Shown here: piece by piece, positions 1-7,464 of the stretch
Layout of the letters: the number at the start of each line of letters is the position of its first letter
Numbering within the stretch: position 1 is the stretch's first letter
NCBI GenBank assembly: GCA_964589775.1
Contig: CAZPUN010000063.1
Span: forward strand, 1 to 16,317
Direction of reading: 5' to 3'
DNA length: 16,317 bases
From: an uncultured archaeon
Lineage (GTDB): Archaea; Asgardarchaeota; Thorarchaeia; Thorarchaeales; CAZPUN01
Made by a program: the position numbers and the translations under genes
Notes under the pieces: generated by a model
The model's database searches: none
Told to the model about the DNA's origin: nothing
What the model saw: the letters and a program-made list of their open reading frames with translations, nothing else

Positions 1-1
1 C

Positions 2-217
2 GATGCTAGTAAGGAGCTTGGTATCTCAGATGCGACACGTGTGGTGGCTATGTTGCACGAGCCGTCAGATAAAGTTAAGGAACTCGCACGAACGAATAAT
101 ATCGGGATTCTCAGTGGCGATAGACTCAGAAAGCTTATGGGGGACAAGGTCATGAAACTATTCGAGAATAGCCGAACCAAAAACAAAGAACAACGAATCT
201 TCATATGCAAAGCATGA
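2..217 (+). CDS. 5'-truncated C-terminus of a putative PD-(D/E)XK restriction-endonuclease-like protein (paralogue of the gene at the window's right end)
   Basis: Not in the ORF track. Manual translation of frame 2 is open from the edge to TGA at 215-217: DASKELGISDATRVVAMLHEPSDKVKELARTNNIGILSGDRLRKLMGDKVMKLFENSRTKNKEQRIFICKA*. The last 58 aa align without gaps to the C-terminus of the 15794-16315 protein (20/58 identical by hand count). Its own catalytic motif would lie outside the window. Confidence 0.75.
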   Translation, partial: DASKELGISDATRVVAMLHEPSDKVKELARTNNIGILSGDRLRKLMGDKVMKLFENSRTKNKEQRIFICKA

Positions 218-387
218 ATTAGTAAAATCGAATTATCACAGAATAATTTTATTATCGAGGTACTTAATATGATTTATTAACTAAAGAATACAATACGAAA
301 GATGTGAAAAAACAAAGTTCGTAGGGATATGGATTGTTATATAAATTAATAGACAATACATAATTTGATTTAAGAGGAATTTATGAA

Positions 388-2415
388 TTGAAAGATATAA
401 TACGGATGGACTTTGAAAAAATTGCTAGCAAAGTTAGTAGAAGTTTACCGCCTATGAATCTTTTCGGAGGCGGAAAGGGGCGGATTTATGATATTGCACT
501 GGATAAAAACTATGTGTATACTGCGGAAGATAATGGTATTATTGGAGTTTGGGAAAAAGGCTCCGGGCGAAAAGTAGTTTCACTTGAGGGGCATTTAGCT
601 GAGGTACATTCCATTGTTTTAGATGACCACTTTATTTATTCGGGCTCTTTCGATAAAACGATCCGAGTTTGGGAAAGAGATACATGGAAGCCTGTATCTA
701 TACTTGAGGGACATTCAGGCAAGGTGTTCGCCGTAAGCGTAGATGATAACTTCATTTATTCTGCCTCTTCTGATAAAACGATTCATGTTTGGGAGAAAAA
801 TTCATGGAAACCAATTACTAAGCTTATGGGGCATTCGGATTTTGTGGAGACTGTAAAAGTAGACAAAAACTTCATTTACTCTGGTGCACGAGATAAAACG
901 ATTCGCGTATGGGCGAAAAATTCATGGAAATTAGTGATAACTCTTGAAGAGCACTTAGATTGGGTTCGAAAGATATCTGTGGATGAGCGCTATATATATT
1001 CCGCCTCAGATGATAAAACGATTCGCGTATGGGACAAGAGTTCATGGAATCTTGTAGCTACACTTGAAGGGCATTCAGATTTGGTCGAAACTGTAATAGT
1101 GGATGATCACTTTATATATTCGGGATCCTCTGATGAAACACTTCGGATTTGGGAGAAGGATACATGGAAATCAATAGCTACGCTCGATGGACATTCAGAT
1201 GCGGTCTGGGCGGTAGCCGCAGACGATCAATATATTTATTCGGGCTCTCGGGACAATACTGTCCGCATATGGGAGAAGGGTACATGGGAACAGGTATCGC
1301 TTCTTGAAGGTAATTCGGATTGGATTCGCACAATAGCCATAGATGATTTGTATATTTATTTTGGTTCGGATGATAATAAAGTACATATTTGGGATAAAAA
1401 ATCATGGAAGCCAGTAGCTACACTTGAAGGGCATTTAAATTGGATTTTAAAAGTAGCTGTGGATGAAAAATTCATCTATACTGGTTCATGGGATAAAACA
1501 GTCCGTGTTTGGGAGAAGAAGACATGGAAACCAGTAATTGTACTCAAAGGGCATTCAAGTCCTGTTTGGGGTGTGGCAATAGACGACCAGTTCATCTACA
1601 CAGGCTCTTACGATAAAGTATTACGTATATGGGAAAAGGGTACATGGAAGCTTGTAGCTACACTTGAAGGGCATTCAGAGTGGATTCGAACCGTAGCTGC
1701 TGATGGTCTCTACATATACTCTGGCGCAGATGACACTATGGTAATTGTTTGGAAGAAAAAACAATGGACACCTGTAATCATGCTTAGGGACCATACTGAT
1801 ATGATTCGAACAATAGCTGTAGATGAAAAGTTTATCTACTCTGGAGGCTGCGATAAAACCGTTCAGATTTGGGAGAAGGATACATGGAAACATGAAGCAA
1901 CACATCATTTTCCCGACGAAGTCTGGGCATTAACTGTTGATGAGCAATTTATTTATTCAGGCTTACGTGATAATACAATACACGTATTACTGAAGAATTC
2001 ATGTGATCAAATCGCAACTCTTGTTGGACATTTGGCTCCGGTTTTATCCGTGGCAGTGGAAGAGCGATTTATGTATTCCGGTTCAAGCGATGCAAGAGTT
2101 CTAGTATGGCCTCGATGGCTATGGACAAAGAATATGACAGATATGAAAAGATATTTCGCGGAAATAATTGAAGAAGGATTAAACAATGAAGTTTCTGACA
2201 ACTGGAGCTATATTATGGCATGGTGGTACATGGATATAGCCAAGATTGCCCTTGATACAGATATGTCATTATCATCTTTGGAATGTATTATACACAATAT
2301 TGATTCTCTTATTGATTATTTAAGCAAAAATCCCTACGATTATCCATGGGTTTCAAGAAATATTCACGACCTTAAGATTTATAGAAAGAAACTCCTTGCT
2401 ATGTATGGCACTTAA
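388..2415 (+). CDS. WD40-repeat protein (14 repeats, likely a double 7-bladed beta-propeller) with a ~95 aa non-repeat C-terminal tail
   Basis: 14 repeats of ~40 aa with consensus LEGHSDxVxxVAVDDxFIYSGSxDKTIRVWEKxTWKxVAT, showing the GH...S..D....W(E/D) signature. TTG start at 388 with AAGAGG upstream; alternative in-frame ATG at 406. Confidence 0.95.
   Translation: MKDIIRMDFEKIASKVSRSLPPMNLFGGGKGRIYDIALDKNYVYTAEDNGIIGVWEKGSGRKVVSLEGHLAEVHSIVLDDHFIYSGSFDKTIRVWERDTWKPVSILEGHSGKVFAVSVDDNFIYSASSDKTIHVWEKNSWKPITKLMGHSDFVETVKVDKNFIYSGARDKTIRVWAKNSWKLVITLEEHLDWVRKISVDERYIYSASDDKTIRVWDKSSWNLVATLEGHSDLVETVIVDDHFIYSGSSDETLRIWEKDTWKSIATLDGHSDAVWAVAADDQYIYSGSRDNTVRIWEKGTWEQVSLLEGNSDWIRTIAIDDLYIYFGSDDNKVHIWDKKSWKPVATLEGHLNWILKVAVDEKFIYTGSWDKTVRVWEKKTWKPVIVLKGHSSPVWGVAIDDQFIYTGSYDKVLRIWEKGTWKLVATLEGHSEWIRTVAADGLYIYSGADDTMVIVWKKKQWTPVIMLRDHTDMIRTIAVDEKFIYSGGCDKTVQIWEKDTWKHEATHHFPDEVWALTVDEQFIYSGLRDNTIHVLLKNSCDQIATLVGHLAPVLSVAVEERFMYSGSSDARVLVWPRWLWTKNMTDMKRYFAEIIEEGLNNEVSDNWSYIMAWWYMDIAKIALDTDMSLSSLECIIHNIDSLIDYLSKNPYDYPWVSRNIHDLKIYRKKLLAMYGT
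586..2115 (+). repeat. Coding tandem repeat with a 120-nt period (WD40 units)
   Basis: GTAGCTACACTTGAAGGGCATT occurs exactly at 1054, 1414 and 1654. GATAAAACGATTCGCGTATGGG occurs at 892 and 1012. All spacings are multiples of 120 nt. Confidence 0.9.
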
Positions 2416-2658
2416 TCTCCGTTATTTAAATTATCAGTTAAAATTACTCCAATGATTTGATTTTTGAATAATACAAATAGCACTACAAATATATTGTGGG
2501 TAAATCTTTTTCATACATGACAAACATAGGAAGATATTTCCATAAACTTTCACAATTAATATTGTGGCCGATTGGAAAAACATTATGATTTTTTTGATTG
2601 AGAAAAGAAATTACTAATTTTTTAGTTCATGTGGAAAAATTTACCATTGCATTTATAA

Positions 2659-3207
2659 GTGATAAAAATAAATTATTTAGATACCAAATATAAGGTCTTG
2701 CGTGCGATGGAAGGAATGAATAGAGTATCTGTATTAGTGGAGAATCCCGTAGTTGAAAAAATAATTGTATATAACTATGGCTTAATAGAGGACGGGAAAG
2801 ATTGGATTAAATTGGGAATGCGACTTCCTCTGGCTCAAAAAGGAACTATAAAGTATTATGAAGGTGTATTCTTCATCAATTCAAATGCTAATTTCGTAAT
2901 ATCTCGAATTAATAAGACAGACGGTAGTGTTGATCATTGGACAATTGAATTCTGTACGAAACCAAAGATCAAAAATAAGATTGTATATTACAAGTATTTG
3001 ATATTGGAAATATCCATATATCCCGATGGGCGTATTGATGCTTCTGATGAATCTGATATTGACCCTTATGTTGAAATGGGCATGGTCTCTCCAACTGAAG
3101 CTGAAATCACAAAGCATGTTTTTAGAAATATTCTAAAAGTAGTTCAGAACACAAATCCGATGAAAATTGAAGATATACTCAAAAATTATCAAGCAACAGC
3201 CAGTTAG
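2659..3207 (+). CDS. DUF402-like (FomD/Ntdp/FAU-1 C-terminal family) protein, divergent
   Basis: DGSVDHWTIEFCTKP...YYKYLILEISIYPDGRIDASDESDI resembles the DUF402 pattern G...YxNIxTP...YxDLxLDVxVxPDG....DxDE, followed by G.VS..EA. The true start may be ATG 2707 or 2716 (GGAAGGA precedes 2716). Confidence 0.65.
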   Translation: MIKINYLDTKYKVLRAMEGMNRVSVLVENPVVEKIIVYNYGLIEDGKDWIKLGMRLPLAQKGTIKYYEGVFFINSNANFVISRINKTDGSVDHWTIEFCTKPKIKNKIVYYKYLILEISIYPDGRIDASDESDIDPYVEMGMVSPTEAEITKHVFRNILKVVQNTNPMKIEDILKNYQATAS

Positions 3208-3284
3208 ATTCTATTATTAATTTTATTTCCAATTTTCAAAATTAGAAATTTCATCTATAATTTAGATAAGATATTCAAAATTTT

Positions 3285-3300
3285 GAGAAATCTTTTTAAG
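3285..3300 (+). promoter_or_regulatory. Putative archaeal BRE/TATA promoter of the nurA-herA-DUF4338 operon
   Basis: GAGAAA-TC-TTTTTAAG about 40 nt upstream of the nurA ATG. The perfect palindrome TCAAAATTTTGA (3275-3286) abuts it. A similar GATAAAAG-TTTTAAG sits upstream of the oxidoreductase gene. Confidence 0.35.
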
Positions 3301-3339
3301 TAAGATGAAAAAAATCTAATATTAGAAAAGGTAATTACA

Positions 3340-4476
3340 ATGATAGGGCGAGATTCTGGGCAAAATATATATTTACCTGATGATTTTCTAGCAGACATCA
3401 TAAATGATGCAAATAGTACAGCAAAATCTATTACTACTATTTATGAAAAATATATAAAATCGCAGAATACGATTAAAAAAATTCTTAAGAATGCTTCCTT
3501 GATTAAGAAATTTCAGCCAAAAAAACCAGAAAAGAAATTCATAACAATTGGAATCGATGGAGGCAGAGCCCATGAACACCTTTTATTATTTGATATTGGT
3601 ATTGTTAGCGCAATAGCAATAGAAGGGATACAATCACATAAAAAAACAGATTCTATAAAATTTAAATCATGGAAAGATATAATCCCACATTATGGTTCTG
3701 ATATCATTGTACGGGTTACCAAAGGTATCATGCATTTATTCGAATTAGAACTCGCAATAGAATCAAAAGCAGACTATGTTCTACTAGATGGGCGATTCAT
3801 TACACCAATAATTGGTTTTAACTCTATCGCAACAATTCAAAATCCTGATGTTTTAATTAGACTGGAGAAGATTTTTGAAAATAAGAATATAACCAGGTTC
3901 TTAGAACAAATTTTTACAGAAAAGAATGTCGTGGCGATCCAAAAATATGATTCATCACATAATTTTTCAAATACATATCTTGAAAATCAGGATATATACC
4001 TTGATGATCGAGCTTTATTCTCGTTGATATTAAAGGAAAATGAATATACGAAACCGGTTTTGTTATCGAGCTTTCCTGAAGAAAACGAATTACTTTCCAA
4101 TGCACACATAAACCTTACTGGTAATTTATTTACGAAATACACGGATATTGATGAATTGAAATCATTTTTGTCTCGATTACCTGATGAATTGTATGTATCA
4201 TATTTTAAACCTAGACCCTGGACACCTGCTTTAAAAATTGAAATACCCGCCCACATTGCAAAATCTCAATCAAAATTGGATGATTTATTTCAATGTATAA
4301 AATCAGAGATTATATCTGCAGAAATGATCGAGCCGTTTCCATTATATCTTGCGGACATAATGGCAAAAAGTGTATCGCAAGGATTATCCGCGTTAAAAGA
4401 AGCTGCAAAGTCAATAGTTCAAAATAATAAGATTAAGGATCCCATTATGTTTTTTGAATCATATCGGAGTGAATAA
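3340..4476 (+). CDS. nurA: NurA-family 5'-3' nuclease (RNase H-like fold)
   Basis: Catalytic motifs IGIDGG and VLLDGRF, ELELA helix and C-terminal EPFPLYLADIMAK; lies directly upstream of a HerA ATPase. Confidence 0.88.
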   Translation: MIGRDSGQNIYLPDDFLADIINDANSTAKSITTIYEKYIKSQNTIKKILKNASLIKKFQPKKPEKKFITIGIDGGRAHEHLLLFDIGIVSAIAIEGIQSHKKTDSIKFKSWKDIIPHYGSDIIVRVTKGIMHLFELELAIESKADYVLLDGRFITPIIGFNSIATIQNPDVLIRLEKIFENKNITRFLEQIFTEKNVVAIQKYDSSHNFSNTYLENQDIYLDDRALFSLILKENEYTKPVLLSSFPEENELLSNAHINLTGNLFTKYTDIDELKSFLSRLPDELYVSYFKPRPWTPALKIEIPAHIAKSQSKLDDLFQCIKSEIISAEMIEPFPLYLADIMAKSVSQGLSALKEAAKSIVQNNKIKDPIMFFESYRSE

Positions 4477-4490
4477 GGAGGGCATATCTA

Positions 4491-6311
4491 ATGATAAGCA
4501 CAAATGAGAAAAAAAGGAAAAAAATCGTATCGCTTAGCTTAGAACAATTTATGAATACAGAAACTGAAAATAATACAGGAAATGAAAATAGTAATATTGA
4601 TAAATTTGCAAAAGACAAAATAGGAGTAATAACTTCGCCATCATCGACTATAAGTGTTACGGTCGATATCTTAGAATCGTGTTTTAACAAGAAATTACTA
4701 GGGCAATTAGTTTACTATAATCAAAAACAGGACAACTCAAAGATGTATGTCATTGGTCAATTAACAAGTATGGAAACACGAAACCGATGGCATGAAGATA
4801 TGAATTTTCGACCTATGGTTAAGCGTATTGGGCGTCTCAATAATTTGAGTATTACGTCAGACATTAAAACCGCAATATTGACTGTACAATCTTCATTTCT
4901 CGAAGATGGAAATGGAAATATTAAATTATCTTTATTGGGAACTTCTCCAACAACAAGTACTCCACTATATATTGTTTCAAATGAATTATTGGACCACCTT
5001 TTAAACCCTTATAAGGATCTCTTAGTATATCTTGGATACATTTTTGAAACTCAAGTTGCTATGCCTACTTGGTTCAAGCATTTTGGTCGTGATCCAAAAG
5101 ATCCTCACGCTGCAGGTGAAGCTTATCATATCGGTGTATTTGGAAAAACTGGTTCTGGAAAAAGTGTTCTGTCGGCATATATTTTGCTTGCATATGCATT
5201 AAATAAAAATATGTCAATTCTTATTATTGATCCTCAAGGTCAGTTTAGTAAAAACTTAGATTTCGGTTTTGATTGGCATGCAGAACTTTCTAAGATGGGT
5301 CGTGAACCCCTAATTATTGATGCAAGTACTGATCTATATCTTGAAAAGAAGGACCTATTTCCATTGTTACTAAATAAAATCGGATTCTATAGACAACTTG
5401 GTATTAAACATCCAATAAATCAACAATATGCAATTGAAGAATTACAAAAGTATATTCGGCTCTATGATATTAAATTAAGTACAGGGCCTTCCACACTATT
5501 ATGGAATTTCCTAGAATATCTATTAAATGATAATATTATTGGCAAGATATATTCAACAAAAACATCGCAAGAGCGCGTAATTAATTTAATTAAAGATATC
5601 AGAGATAACAAAAATCTTTATGAGGATTTGAGAACAAAATATTGGGACCCTATTTTATCACTCTTTACTAAAATGAAACCCCATGGTACAAAAAAATATA
5701 GTGTTAGAGATATTGCATATAAAATTACAAATTCAGAGCCTTCATTCATTATAATAAACATAAGTAAAACCGTCAAAGGAATACAAAACGATGAAGATAT
5801 TAAAACAATTTATTTAGGTCGTATTATTCGTTGGATTGATAGAATAGCTCAAGAAAATTACGAAAAAGATATACGCTCTAATGCATTAGTTGTTATGGAT
5901 GAGGCGCAAAAGTTCCTTTCGCCACGGGCTGAACAAGAGGAAATTGCAATCTTAAGGCAACATATTATAAATGGGGTGAAAACTCATCGTAAATATGGAA
6001 TTGGATATATGCTGATAACTCAGAATATTAGTTCCCTCGATAGAGACATTCTGTCACAACTTCGAATTTACTTCATAGGATACGGATTGGTTGGTGCAGA
6101 TTTAGCTAAGTTAAAAGATATTCTACCGGACCCCAAAACTATAGATTTCTACCGATCCTCCTTTATTGATCCTAAAAACACAAATAATACAAAGTTTCCA
6201 TTTATGTTCTTTGGACCCGTTTCACCATTATCATTTTCGGGTACTCCACTTTTCATGCATGTATTCACTAACATCGAAGAGTTTAGACATTTTAATGCAC
6301 ATCGCTATTAA
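4491..6311 (+). CDS. herA: HerA/FtsK-family ATPase/helicase (HAS barrel + DUF87)
   Basis: N-terminal HAS-barrel-like IGVITSPSST, Walker A HIGVFGKTGSGKS, IIDPQGQF, Walker B VVMDEAQKF, Arg-finger/Q motif RKYGIGYMLITQ. A strong RBS (AAGGAGG, 4475-4481) overlaps the nurA stop; the gap is 14 nt. Confidence 0.92.
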   Translation: MISTNEKKRKKIVSLSLEQFMNTETENNTGNENSNIDKFAKDKIGVITSPSSTISVTVDILESCFNKKLLGQLVYYNQKQDNSKMYVIGQLTSMETRNRWHEDMNFRPMVKRIGRLNNLSITSDIKTAILTVQSSFLEDGNGNIKLSLLGTSPTTSTPLYIVSNELLDHLLNPYKDLLVYLGYIFETQVAMPTWFKHFGRDPKDPHAAGEAYHIGVFGKTGSGKSVLSAYILLAYALNKNMSILIIDPQGQFSKNLDFGFDWHAELSKMGREPLIIDASTDLYLEKKDLFPLLLNKIGFYRQLGIKHPINQQYAIEELQKYIRLYDIKLSTGPSTLLWNFLEYLLNDNIIGKIYSTKTSQERVINLIKDIRDNKNLYEDLRTKYWDPILSLFTKMKPHGTKKYSVRDIAYKITNSEPSFIIINISKTVKGIQNDEDIKTIYLGRIIRWIDRIAQENYEKDIRSNALVVMDEAQKFLSPRAEQEEIAILRQHIINGVKTHRKYGIGYMLITQNISSLDRDILSQLRIYFIGYGLVGADLAKLKDILPDPKTIDFYRSSFIDPKNTNNTKFPFMFFGPVSPLSFSGTPLFMHVFTNIEEFRHFNAHRY

Positions 6312-6343
6312 AACAAAAAAATTGATAAGCAACGTGATAAATC

Positions 6344-7357
6344 ATGCATATGGACCATAAAAAAAAGAATCATTTCACAGTAGCCCAAATATTTCACTCT
6401 GTGATAGCTCAAGGTGCTGCATTTAGTGATGATATTACATCAAGACATTATCCAATAGATTTTTCAAAAATAATGTTAATTAGAGCTGAATCGACAAAAG
6501 CAAAATCCTTATGGAATAAAGTCGTTGCGAAGTACCATTACCTTGGATATACGGGAACTGTGGGGCGTTATATTAGATACTTTATTTGTGATTGTTCTAA
6601 GCTACCAGAATTTTCTTCCGAAAATGATGCGCATCATGAATTTCATGAATACATAAATCAATATACAACCCGAGAATTAAATGAGTTTTTAAATTTCAGA
6701 AAAGTTGAAGATTTTTCCGAGTTTAATATTAGTGATATTTCAAAATCACAAATTGGAGCCCTCTTGAGATTTAGATGGTTATTTGAAAAAAATAATATAA
6801 AAAGTACCAAAGAGAAAAGAGATTTCTTTTTGCCTATCCTTGGCTGTATTTCTGCAGGTAGTGCAACTTATTCATGTTCGCCTAGAGATTTTCTGTTAGG
6901 CATTCACGAACTACAACGGCGAGAGCGTGACAAATATCTCAAATATGTAGCAAATAACTGGCGATTTTTAATTCTTGGGCACTGGCATAATTTAGCTTCA
7001 TTCGTTTTATCAAAATTTTCAAAGGTTTTACAGCATGATTGGATAAAACGCTATGATAATCCTTTAGTTGCTATCGAATCATTTATTGTCAAAAATCGAT
7101 TTGATGGACGATCTTATATTGCGAATAGATGGTTAAAAATTGGAGAAACTATGGGATATAGTAAATCTGGAAGCATATCAAAAAATAGATTGAGTGTCTA
7201 TAGTCATGGTGAGAAAAAATATATATACATAAAACTATTATCAAAATTTTCTACAAATAATGATCCCATTTTAATTGATATCAAGAGACGAAATAAACGT
7301 ATAATGCAATACGTTAAAAAAACAAATACATTGTCTGATATTTTGGATTTATTATAA
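6344..7357 (+). CDS. DUF4338 / Druantia DruA-like protein
   Basis: DUF4338 motifs in the expected order: LW...YHYLG....GRYIRY, LGCI..GSA.....RD..LG, L..VANNWRFLIL...NLAS..L, DW..RY......ESF....RFDG.SY.A..W.KIGET.G. Starts 32 nt after the herA stop. Confidence 0.85.
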   Translation: MHMDHKKKNHFTVAQIFHSVIAQGAAFSDDITSRHYPIDFSKIMLIRAESTKAKSLWNKVVAKYHYLGYTGTVGRYIRYFICDCSKLPEFSSENDAHHEFHEYINQYTTRELNEFLNFRKVEDFSEFNISDISKSQIGALLRFRWLFEKNNIKSTKEKRDFFLPILGCISAGSATYSCSPRDFLLGIHELQRRERDKYLKYVANNWRFLILGHWHNLASFVLSKFSKVLQHDWIKRYDNPLVAIESFIVKNRFDGRSYIANRWLKIGETMGYSKSGSISKNRLSVYSHGEKKYIYIKLLSKFSTNNDPILIDIKRRNKRIMQYVKKTNTLSDILDLL

Positions 7358-7464
7358 CTCATTTACTATATTTATGATTTTAATATTATAGATAGATAAA
7401 AGTTTTAAGTTCGTAAATCGCTTATTGAATTTAGATTATGTTTTAGTCTAGGAGAGCGACTAAA

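Noticed and set aside
586-2115. Regularly spaced DNA repeats as a CRISPR array or DGR template/variable pair
   Set aside because: The period is 120 nt and in frame within a WD40 ORF. The repeats are degenerate, there are no unique spacers, and no cas or reverse transcriptase gene is present.
4506-4523. EKKRKK in the HerA N-terminal extension as a nuclear localisation signal
   Set aside because: It is encoded by an A-rich run in a low-complexity leader of a prokaryotic protein, and nothing supports a function.
6344-7357. Complete Druantia system or DUF4338-associated IS element
   Set aside because: No DruB-E-like genes (notably the large DruE helicase), transposase or terminal inverted repeats are visible in the window.
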